Assembly: GCA_002104905.1 (NCBI GenBank) | Contig: MCFE01000442.1 | Location: 1 to 64,000, forward strand | Direction: 5' to 3' | DNA from: Basidiobolus meristosporus CBS 931.73 | Lineage: Eukaryota > Fungi > Basidiobolomycota | Length of the DNA: 64,000 nucleotides | Shown: positions 1 through 10,430 of the stretch, one piece after another | How positions within the stretch are numbered: the first letter of the stretch is position 1 | How the letters are laid out: each line of letters begins with the position of its first letter | Translations under genes and position numbers: made by a program | The notes under the pieces: model-generated | Seen by the model: the letters and a program-made list of their open reading frames with translations, nothing else | Told to the model about the DNA's origin: nothing | Databases searched by the model: none

Positions 1-2489
1 CCATAAAGAAATGATGCATATTTTCTAAAGCAAGTGCACCCACGATTGTTTAATATCCTAGAACTATTATGTAAGCATATCAGAATACTAACCCATTGTG
101 AGGATATGGATATTGAGTTGCTCTTTATCGTCGGCATTCATGGAGTCCGCCTCTTTGGCAATAGCGTCAAGACTATCGAAGACGGTCTTAACTATTCGTC
201 CGTAAGCTTGATTGACTAGCAGCCGCACATCGGTGTTGGTGGAGCCGAGAGAATGCTCCAACCTGGCTACAAAGTTCTGTTTCGAAAGAAAATTCCAGTT
301 GTGAGCAATAATTTGTAGGTATAGCAAAGCAACACCGATGTTAAGGTGTGTGTGGTTATTGTATGTACCGGAAAGATAACAACAAACGATAGCATTCCAC
401 TACGTTTTTTCGTTTGGACTTTCGTTTCTTCAATCGCGCGCAATTGCTCATCCTGTTGGTGTGGTTTAGATAAAGGGAATCTCTACTGCTGTACTTGGAT
501 AATAACCGCACCAGAAACCGCTGAAAAGTCGATATTAGGCGATCTCTCTGTAGGTTGAGTATACTTGAAAGAAAGTCTTGACTCTGGTCGCTGTGAGAGA
601 CAAGATATTGCTCTATACAAGCAAGCATCCCGGGTGCACAGCTGGGTTATAGAGGTTATGAGTATGCATACACAATTGTTACATTCCTCTTTCTCGGTGC
701 AACCAACCTGCTATCAGCTCTACTGGCATTGTCAATGATGTTTGAAATTTCCGAGGCCAAGCCATCAAATATCCCCTCCAGGATTTGCCTGTTTCCCGCT
801 ATTGAGTCATTATATCCGTCAAGGTTTGAAATCCAAAGCAGCCACCCACTTGATTTGCTTTCGCTTTCGATCCTTGGTCAATTGGCGAGGTGTGTTCAGA
901 TCTTGCATTTCTTGCTGAGTCCTCTTGGCCTCCACCCAGCTTTGGAAGTTCTCATCTTCATCCTCAAAGTGAAAGAATTCTATGAAGTAGTTTTGCTCTT
1001 GCAAAATAGTCGGCACTATGAAGCTGAGCACTTTCTTAAATGCCTGAAAACAAGAGTGAGTGGAGTGGGTTAGGTAGACGCCTCCCTGCAACTCACCTCA
1101 TCAGGCTTCATTCTGGATTCGTTACTCTCTAAGCTCATTCTCCGATGTCCTAAGGCCGACCTAGTGACTGACGACACTTGGGACTTCTCCATGGACGTAA
1201 AGACTGTTGATTCCACTTTGTCAAGAATTCGAGCAATGTAGCTAGAATGAGATCAACGCCGCTTACCGTAGTCGATATCATCAACATATCGTTTGCTAGG
1301 TTGAAAGCAGTTTCGCACAGAATTGATCACTTCTCTGAGTTCTTTTTTGTACAACTTGCTCACTGCTTCAATATAAACCTGGGTATAATTTAAGCAAGCT
1401 ATTTGTGTCAGCTTTTGTGGCTATTGCCCTACCATCTGGATGTCGTTATACTTCCGAAATTCCATTTCCTTCAGCCAAAGTGTCAATCCCCGATACCTTT
1501 GAATATGTTTCTTCATGCTATCCAACCCTCGAATCCTTAAACTTGGCAGTTTGTCCTGATTGCTACTAGATCCATCCATACAATTTTCAGCCTTGAATGG
1601 CCATCAGTGCATGTATCCAGGATGACCAGCCTTGTACATTCTTACCTGATACGTTATCATGACCCTGAGGTATTCCATGACTCTGGTAGAGAAGTTGTTG
1701 CTAGTTTGAGTAAATAACTCTGCCCGTTCAGCAAAGATGCTCAACTCCTGTGATCCTGAAATCATCCACTTTTTGTAAGATACAGACAACTATAGATAGA
1801 TACAAACTTTGCACCTTCATTATGTTGTCTCTGCATTTGCTTCTGTAAGAATGCTGCACTTTCTTCAACTTTGCAAATACCGCTAAGGTTTTCAAAGGAT
1901 TCCTCGCGCAAAGTGCCGATGCAAGAATCAGGGAGTGTCACCGAGTCCTAAGTTACGATTTCCCTCAAAGGTTAGATACTGCATAAATACTACTTGGCCT
2001 AGTATCAAGTTGGCTTTACCAAAATCTCGCTGACTTCGGCTAATAGCTTCTTTTGGTTTGTGGCTTGAAGCTGCAATCCTTTATTTAGGGACTGGATATA
2101 TTTCACGTCGTGGTCCATTGTCTACAAGGACAAAGTCTTAATGCGCAATCCCAAAAGTCTAATTGTGAGCACCAGTGGGCTCTACTAACTTACATCCAGT
2201 TCAGTGTAATACAAGGTTAGCAAGTCGTCTAAAGTGTCAAGCTCCTCAAGAGCCTTATCCAAGCCAGATATTATCTCCCCCATTCGACCGTCACCTTCGA
2301 TAAAGGACTTGACGTTAACCTTAAGTAAAATAGGTTGTCGCCTTTAGAAATTGACTTTGATCGTTGTCAAAAGCATGTTTTCTTTACTGTTTCCAAGCTT
2401 GCTAATTCATCGCTTAATCTGCTCTCCAAAGCTGCTGCATTTGTACTAGCATCCCAGTTGAATTGATCCAGTAGCTCATCAACTTCCAT
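1..2489 (-). CDS. SEC3: Exocyst complex component Sec3, multi-exon, 3' end runs off the window start; 5' end uncertain
   Basis: Spliced translation gives MEVDELLDQFNWDASTNAAALESRLSDELASLET / VNVKSFIEGDGRMGEIISGLDKALEELD / MDHDVKYIQSLNKGLQLQATNQKKLLAEV and, near the window start, KTVFDSLDAIAKE...DDKEQLNIHILTMENMHHF, all typical Sec3 blocks. Confidence 0.85.
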
Positions 2490-2900
2490 AACACTAATAC
2501 GGTGATAAAGAGTGACTTTGGTCAAGGTGGTTTGTGAATTAAAGTGCAGTTGATGGCTTAGAAGTGGGATCCGTAACCAATACCAAGGTGAGCTGGACTG
2601 TTAAAAATGTCAACAACCCTAAAGTGGATATGCTGAATGAATAAATTCATGCTAAGCTAACCGAGATTTGGGAGATTCTGGAATAGTAAAATTATTCATT
2701 ACAGTGCTAATTCCACAACGCGGTATATTTAACTCAACCAACTACCCATATGGAATATTGATAACTTTGAATAACACGAACTTACCAATAGAGACGCCAA
2801 GCTTGACTATCACACGCCTTTATCAACTATACACAGTTGGTGGGAGCCGTTAAATAAATACCGATAACACATACTAGCTACGCTAACGAAACAAAGTGTA

Positions 2901-4559
2901 ATGGAGGCCTACAAAGCGCGAAAGAACGCAGTGAGGATCAAGGTTCTAGATAAATACGAAATATTGGGATTCATTAGTTCCGGAACTTACGGAAGAGTTT
3001 ATAAAGCTAGGTCTAAAGAGAGGTAATTCTCGTCGAATAATGGATTTTTTTCCTATAACACCTGTTCACCATGGATCGTTGGCTTGCTTTGATTTAGCTT
3101 TGACTTTGGAAAAGAATACGCCATTAAGAAATTCAAACCTGAAAAAGAAGGAGAAGTATCAACATATACCGGGGTATCACAATCTGCCTGTCGAGAAATA
3201 GCGGTACGATTCGGTTATTGCATTACCGGGCTTCATCAGCATCTAACTTCGCCATCAGCTATGCAGAGAATTGGACCACGAAAACATCGTGATCTTGAAG
3301 GAGGTTATTTTAGAGGACAAGTCGATTCATATGGTACTAGGCTATGCAGAGCATGACTTCTTGGTTGGTATTTAACAGGTCCTTCTTGACCCCACACTAA
3401 CTAACGCCATGTTTGTTAGCAAATACTGCACCATCATATTCACCATGAACGCAAACCACTCCCTGAATATACCATAAAGTCTTTTCTGTGGCAGCTATTG
3501 AATGGACTATCTTATCTTCACAACAACTGGATTCTACATCGAGATCTCAAACCGGCAAATATACTAGTAACCGCTGATGGAGTAGTGAAGATTGGTGAGT
3601 AAAAACCCCTTTGAAGTCCCTTTACACCAGTATTAATCCATATCCACCCTTCAGGCGATCTCGGCTTGGCGCGACTGTTTCAGAGGCCATTGCAGCCACT
3701 CTACAATGGAGATAAAGTGGTAGTCACCATATGGTACCGTGCACCTGAACTATTACTAGGCGCTAGACATTACACAAAGGCAGTTGGTAGGTGATATCAA
3801 GTTTTGTATGCAAAGGATAGACCCCAGCTAAACCGTTCCACTCCACCACACCGTAGATATTTGGGCTGTCGGATGTATTTTTGCGGAGTTATTAACGCTG
3901 AGGCCGATTTTCAAAGGAGAAGAAGCCAAGATGGATAACAAGAAGAACATCCCGTTCCAGAAAAATCAGCTCACCAAGATTTTCGAGGTGATTGGAACGC
4001 CAACCAGTAAGTGGTCGACGAGCATAGCGAATTCTGCACAAGTGGCATTAATACATGCATCGTAGAGGAAAGGTGGCCGATGATCGACCAAATGCCAGAA
4101 TATCATAACCTTAGCTCGTTTAGAACGTAAGTATCAGTGAGCGATTTTGCACGATGCTGTGATAACTAACAACCATCAGATACCCGAATAATCTAAAGGG
4201 GATTCTTCAATCCACCTCTTCGTGCAAAAGTGAGTCAGCATTCCAATTGCTGGCCAGTATGTTTGAGTACGACCCTCTGAAAAGGATAACCGCCGAAGAA
4301 GCACTAGACCATCCGTATTTCCAGGAAGACCCCAAGCCCTCTTTAAAGTAACTTCTGCACCTCGTGTTACGTATACACCACCCCTCTGACTTGTATTCAT
4401 CTATGTAGCTCGTTTGCTGGACAACCATTTGAATATCCAACCAGAAGAGTCACCCAAGACGACATGGATATGAAAGGTCACTCCAAACCCCCTCAGAAAG
4501 ACGAAAAATCACAGTCAGCGGCCGACAAGGCCAACGTCAAAAGAAGGAAGATGGAGTGA
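2901..4559 (+). CDS. SSN3: Mediator kinase CDK8/Srb10, about 9 exons
   Basis: [95 protein letters not shown]; all introns GT-AG with consistent phases. Confidence 0.95.
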
Positions 4560-4701
4560 TCCGCCTATGCATTACCCATCGACTTTAGAAAGCAGGGATT
4601 TTGATATGATCAGTTCAATATACCTTGAGGAAACGCCACGAATTTTTATTGTATAATAAACCCGAATCAAGGCTACTTATCTATGCAAACACCAACGATG
4701 G

Positions 4702-4790
4702 TTCAAATCAAATCAAATCAATTCAATTCAATTCAATTCAATTCAAATCAAATCAAATCAATTCAATTCAATTCAATTCAATTCAATTCG
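4702..4790. repeat. Compound pentanucleotide microsatellite TTCAA(ATCAA)3(TTCAA)5(ATCAA)3(TTCAA)5TTCG
   Basis: Read directly; 17 pentamer units between the CDK8 stop and the CHY gene start. Confidence 0.95.
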
Positions 4791-4917
4791 ATGTTGTGTT
4801 GGGATTCTGAAAAAAAGGGTTCGACTCAGGGTCACTTTCTTCTAGCCAGCTAAACACTGTATAACTGAGCTTTTTCGATACGAAAGATACCGCTTTCTTG
4901 TTCCCCCTCGAAGAAAT

Positions 4918-5505
4918 ATGTGCAAGCACATCCTCAACGTGCAAGTGAGTAAACTTTGTGAAGCGCGATCTGCATTCACCAGAGAAGAGATCCGATTTTA
5001 GTCAACCTGAGACAATACTCAAACCACCGTCTGTTTAGGCTTCCATCCGTGCGCCTTGTTGCAAACGCTGGTTCGATTGCGCCGAATGTCACGCCGAACA
5101 TTCCGACCATCCACTTCGTAAGAGTACCGAGATGGTCTTCGGTTGCAAGAAGTGCAAAAAGGTCTTCCGTAAAGACATGAGGTATGTGAATGGTGGTGGG
5201 GTTTTTTACGGGCACCTGGTATTCACCTAGTTCAACCAACGCTCGCTATAGCAATTTCGAAGAAGAGGATGAATACTGTCCAAACTGCGATAACCGTTAC
5301 ATCCTCGACGCCAAGACTCCACAGATGGGTATTGGCATAGAAGGTGAAGATCCTAGAGTGCAGAATCGGTAATCCCTAGTTTACTTGCTATTCCTTCCAA
5401 ACTTCAGCTTCTGACAACCTTTTTAGCCTATTCAAGGATGAAAGAATGAAGCAAGATCAATACGACTTCTCGGATTTAGACTGGAGCACCAATGTAGACA
5501 TTTAA
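4918..5505 (+). CDS. Small fungal CHY-type zinc finger protein, 4 exons
   Basis: MCKHILNVQVSIRAPCCKRWFDCAECHAEHSDHPLRKSTEMVFGCKKCKKVFRKDMSNFEEEDEYCPNCDNRYILDAKTP...; Cys/His spacing of the conserved fungal CHY family. Confidence 0.85.
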
Positions 5506-5825
5506 TGTATTAAACTTCTTGCTGTATTTTCTGTTCTCGTTTCCTTCAAATACACTTCATTTTCCAAACTTTCAAATAATGGTCTAAGTTGAATATTTAT
5601 TCAAGAAATCAAATGCTAAGGTCAATCTTACAGGGTGTTAAGAACGTAGCGAGAAAGATGGCCTTACAATGTGTGACGGTAGAATTATACAACGGTAGAT
5701 ATCCCCTTCGCAAGTTATTGACCATGCGTTTTTGACGTACAAATCAAATCTACTAGCTAAGGGAATAAAGGTTTATAATATAATATAAACAAAAAGACTA
5801 AGGTCTACGTGTTGGTAAATTAGAT

Positions 5826-7091
5826 TTAGATCAAGTCAGCGACGTTCATGGGCATCTCATCGATTTGAGTGTTGTAGAACTTCTCGATGTCACGGAGCAT
5901 GACAACATCGTCGTTGGTGACGAAGTTGATGGCAACACCCTTACGACCGAAACGACCACCACGACCAATACGATGGATGTAGTTCTCACGGTTGCTGGGG
6001 ATGTCGTAGTTGATGACCAAGGACACTTGTTGCACATCGATACCACGAGCCAAAAGATCGGTGGTGATCAACACACGGGAGGATCCGGAACGGAACTCCT
6101 TCATGATGACCTCACGCTGCTCTTGCTCCATATCTCCGTGCATGGCGGAGACAGTGAACTCGCGCTCGTGGAGCTTCTCAGTGAGCCAGTCGACCTTTCT
6201 TCTGGTGTTACAGAAGATGACGGCCTGGGTGATGGTGACAGTCTCGTACAAATCGCAGAGGGTGTCGAGCTTCCAGTCTTCCTTCTCAACGGCAACGTAG
6301 AATTGCTTGATACCTTCGAGGGTAAGCTCATCACGCTTGACCAAAATACGGATGGGGTCACGCATGAACTTGGAGGTAACCTCAAGGACATCAGCGGGCA
6401 TGGTGGCGGAAAGAAGGACAACTTGGACCTCGGTGGGGAGAAGTTGGAAGACTTCGTAGATTTGGTCCTTGAAACCACGAGAAAGCATCTCATCGGCTTC
6501 ATCAAGAACGAACATCTTGAGGTGGTCGGTCTTGAGGGCACCACGGTTGATCATATCGTAGACACGACCGGGGGTACCGACAACAACGTGAACACCAGCC
6601 TCCAACTTCTGGATATCCTCGCGGACAGTTCTACCACCGATACAGGCGTGACTCTCAATGTTCATGAAGTCACCAATGGCCATAAGGACCTTTTGGATCT
6701 GTTGGGCCAACTCACGAGTGGGGGCAAGAACGAGAGCTTGGCATTGCTTGATGGAAACATCAAGAGATTGGAGGATGGAGATGGAGAAGGTGGCGGTTTT
6801 ACCGGTACCGGATTGGGCCTGAGCGATAACATCGTGACGCTTCAAGACAGGGAGAATAGCACGCTGCTGAATAGCAGATGGGCGTTCGAAACCGTAGGCG
6901 TAGATACCACGGAGCAACTCGTCACGAAGGTTCATGTTATCGAAGTTGTCAACAACTTCATCCCAGTTGGTTTGGATCTCACCACCAACATCATCCAAAG
7001 AAAGAGCTCCACTAAAAACAAACGGTACATCAATAAAGAAGCGCCTAAAGCAAAGGTATAGTTAAAGTATGATTTACCTGTTATCAGCCAT
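5826..7091 (-). CDS. TIF1: Translation initiation factor eIF4A, copy 1 (exons 7091-7078, 7011-5826; 399 aa)
   Basis: DEAD-box motifs [59 protein letters not shown]; N-terminus [23 protein letters not shown]. Confidence 0.97.
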
Positions 7092-7625
7092 GTTGTTACG
7101 AATAAAGAATATCTAGCAAAAAGCCAAAGTGAGGAAAGGGTTGTAGGGTACGAAGTATTATTAACCTTACCACTCCCCAGCCAGGCCCAGATGATTGGCC
7201 AATCCTACAAATTGGGAGTGAAAAAAAACCGAAAAAAAGAAAGGATTTTTTTCCATAGCCATTAACCTCCTTAATCTCATTACACTATGACGAAGATCTG
7301 CATATATCAGCAGCAGCAGAGTGCGTATCAAATCAGCTACCCATCTCACATGTTTGAAGTGTTTATGTAGTGTTTATAATAGCCGAATCGTGCATCGAAC
7401 ATTGATCTCGGATTAGCCCAATCATGCCTTAATCCTGCGTATTTATTAGCCCAACCATGCTTAAGTTAAGCGTAGTTAAGTCGGTAGAAAAAAAAGTAGA
7501 AAATTTTTGATTCATGATTAGCAGAGTCCCCAAAGTGGAAAGGTGAGACCCCCAATTCCACAAGCACAAAATCCGACTCTCCTGCTCCCGTAACGTCCCT
7601 TTTTTCCCCTCTCTAGCATATCAAC
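7092..7625. promoter_or_regulatory. Shared divergent promoter of eIF4A-1 and RPL23 with CCAAT boxes and a tandem ~21-bp element
   Basis: 534 bp between head-to-head starts; TGATTGGCCAAT at 7192-7203; ATTAGCCCAATCATGCCTTAA (7412-7432) repeated as ATTAGCCCAACCATGCTTAA (7445-7464). Confidence 0.55.
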
Positions 7626-8231
7626 ATGTCTAAGCGTGGTATGTATCCACTTGATTTCTGGAAGTAATTATGGCCACAAGTGTAGTGAACGTTAGAGTAG
7701 ATACGAAAAGAGTAGATGGATGATCGAGTTTTCGATTTGATACTGTAGTGGTCATATGTTGCTTCGACTTGGGTGCCGATATGGATCTAGTTACTTACTC
7801 ATGTCTTTCGAACCTTGTTAGGACGCGGAGGAGCTGCTGGTAATAAATTTCGCATGAGTCTCGGTCTCCCAGTCGGTGCCGTTATCAACTGCGCTGACAA
7901 CTCCGGTGCCAAGAACCTTTACATCATTGCCGTCACTGGCATCAAGGGTCGCTTGAACCGTCTCCCCGCCGCTGGTGTCGGAGATATGGTCATGGCCACT
8001 GTCAAGAAGGGTAAGCCCGATCTTCGTAAGAAAGTTATGCCCGCTGTTGTCATCCGTCAACGTAAGGCCTGGCGTAGACGTGATGGTGTCTTCCTTTACT
8101 TCGAAGACAACGCCGGTGTCATCGTTAACCCTAAGGGTGAAATGAAGGGTTCCGCTATCACTGGTCCTGTTGGTAAGGAATGTGCCGATCTCTGGCCCAG
8201 AATTGCCTCCAGCTCCGGTACCGTTGTTTAA
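7626..8231 (+). CDS. RPL23: 60S ribosomal protein uL14 (L23), exons 7626-7638 and 7822-8231
   Basis: [42 protein letters not shown]...[38 protein letters not shown]. Confidence 0.97.
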
Positions 8232-8461
8232 ACATCTGGTCTTCACTTAGGAGGCAGTCGGTTTTTGGCTAGTTCACAGAAATTGTCTAGGATTGATTTG
8301 CTTCTGGAAATAAATGCCTTCTCTCATGAGCATATACACTCTCTATGTGATATTTTTTGGTCCTTGCGACCAGGTTTCGGCACAATAAAATTAGTAATTG
8401 CAAGACCAGTATTAATGTTTTTGAATTTATTATAAATATATAATTGGCTCCAAAAGTAAAT

Positions 8462-9084
8462 TTAGTTTTCCTAAAAGATGGAATGAGTGGGTGTCTGGAC
8501 AACAGAATTAGCTTGCAAATACTTACGGGGATTTCAACTTCACCAGCATCAATGGCGTCGGTGAGATCCTTGGGGTTTTGACCATCAACGGTACAACCGA
8601 CAGAGAAGCAAGTTCCCAAGATTTCCTTGACAGTACCACTCAACTCACGAGCCAATGACTTGTAGCGCATGGTTCTGGCGATCTCGATAACGTCGTCCAA
8701 GGTGATGTTACCGCTGTGCTTGATGTTCTTCTCCTTCTTACGGTCACGAATAGGCTCCTTAAGAGCTCTGATAACCAAGGAGGAAGCAGAGGGAACAACA
8801 GACACGGCAGCTTGACGGTTTTGAATGGTCAATTGAACGGTGATACGAAGACCCTTCCATTCTTGGGTGGCCTTGGCAATGTCTTCACCAACCTTCTTGG
8901 GGGAAAGACCAAGAGGACCAATCTTAGGAGCGAGGGCGGAGGAGGCACCTACTTCACCACCAGTGGCTCTCAAGTAGACTGTTTGGGTGGAGTCGGTTAA
9001 CACTTGTCTCTCTGTGATGGATGTATGCAACCGTCATGGATACTTACTAATCTTGACTTCATTGGGATCGGCCTTAGGGGGCAT
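8462..9084 (-). CDS. RPL12: 60S ribosomal protein uL11 (L12), exons 9084-9048, 8978-8527, 8470-8462
   Basis: [50 protein letters not shown]...[22 protein letters not shown]...EVEIPEN. Confidence 0.96.
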
Positions 9085-9279
9085 GTTTGCTTATTTCGAT
9101 TATAGATGGATGACCAAAGGGTGAGCCGATGCAATATCCAACACCAAAAGTTTGGTAACAGGGGAAAAGAGGGAAATCAATCCATTCTCAACCACTTTTA
9201 AAAAACCTCGGTCGAATAAATTTATTTCTCCCTTAATTCAGATTCCGTCCTGCGGTGCCAATCACGTGATATACCAGCT

Positions 9280-9885
9280 CTACGCACCAAAGTTGAATTT
9301 CTTCATGTTCCTCCTGTCTGGTTCGGTATGGTGTTTGTATTCCACTTCGACTTTATCTTGGGCGCTTTTCAAGCTGGCCATGACGGACTTGAGGAAATCC
9401 TCCAGCTCGACCTCTAATGCGTGTACTTCGCCTTGGCTCTGATTTTTTTGTTTGGCATCGTTGGCAATCCTGACCTTTGCCTCTTTTGCCAACCCCTCGA
9501 TGTTTCTGGTTGTGGCGTTGGCAAGTCCCTGCAGTTTCTTCAGACCAATCTTGTCTTTCATTTGGCTAAGGGTGAATGATGCAACTTCCTTGTAGGATTG
9601 TAAAATAGCGACCATCTTCGATTTGATGTCAGCCACGGTGCTAAGGGCAGCCCCTTGCAAATGATCGACTGTACCGCTTGATAACTTGGTCAATAAATCC
9701 TCTGGTTTGGTTCGATCCAGTTTTACCATTAAACTGGCCAAGCCCTTTAGAAAATAATCGGCTGGCCCATTATCGTCTCGTTTGCCTAGGACATATGGTG
9801 GCTCGTTTCGCACCATAGGCGAGCATGTGGCTACACCCAAGATGCCGATGCTGAGAATCCCTGATTTCATCAATTTCATTGTCAC
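9280..9885 (-). CDS. Intronless ~200 aa predicted secreted helical protein, family not recognised
   Basis: 201-codon ORF with hydrophobic N-terminus (KSGILSIGILGVATCS), short pro-segment ending LGKR, then Lys/Leu/Ala-rich amphipathic helices. Confidence 0.65.
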   Translation of the reverse strand: MTMKLMKSGILSIGILGVATCSPMVRNEPPYVLGKRDDNGPADYFLKGLASLMVKLDRTKPEDLLTKLSSGTVDHLQGAALSTVADIKSKMVAILQSYKEVASFTLSQMKDKIGLKKLQGLANATTRNIEGLAKEAKVRIANDAKQKNQSQGEVHALEVELEDFLKSVMASLKSAQDKVEVEYKHHTEPDRRNMKKFNFGA

Positions 9886-10430
9886 GACGAATCAACCGAA
9901 GTCCACGTATCTTATAAACGAAGTGGGTCTGATACGGTTTGTCAAGAACTAGCTGATGTGACTGCCCAAACCGTATCTGTTTGAAATCCATCAGCGGTTC
10001 CATCATTAACGCACGAATGTTTCACCAATGAAATCAGGACCAATCACCGTGACCAGTCAAGGTGACCATTGTGGTGAGCGAGTTTCTCAAAAGTAGGTCC
10101 ATGGTGATCAGAAGTACGGCATCGATGCTACAGGGCATGGTTGATTTTTTAGGTGTGGCTCGAAAATGTGAAAAAAAAAATTCTCAGAACCCCAGAGGAA
10201 ATTCACTTTTGACAGAATCCAATGTGTGTTTCAATTTGCGATGGGGAAAATTTCCGATCCCCGTTTCAAACTAAAAAAAACCTTTTACGTGTAACAATAT
10301 GCATTCCAAATCCAGTGTAGCGGCAAGGGAATGGTTCGTGTGTATATTTGGATGAAAGTTGAAGAGATGCATCATTATATTTACAGAAGGTTTAGGGAAA
10401 GCATGCTGGGTTATGGCTAACTCTATGCGC

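Noticed and set aside
4702-4790. CRISPR-like periodicity
   Set aside because: No unique spacers; simple eukaryotic microsatellite.
4818-4827. GGTTCGACTC, resembling a tRNA B-box
   Set aside because: No cloverleaf, acceptor stem or A-box at the right distance.
5865-7061. 398-aa plus-strand ORF (and the 462-aa ORF at 53165-54553)
   Set aside because: Exact antisense shadow of eIF4A; long antisense frames are a known by-product of strong codon bias in highly expressed genes, and there is no independent protein signature.
7818-8246. Antisense ORFs over RPL23, RPL12 (8716-9000), RPS12 (34131-34601) and FKS1 (48879-49598 and others)
   Set aside because: Same codon-bias shadow effect; no recognisable motifs.
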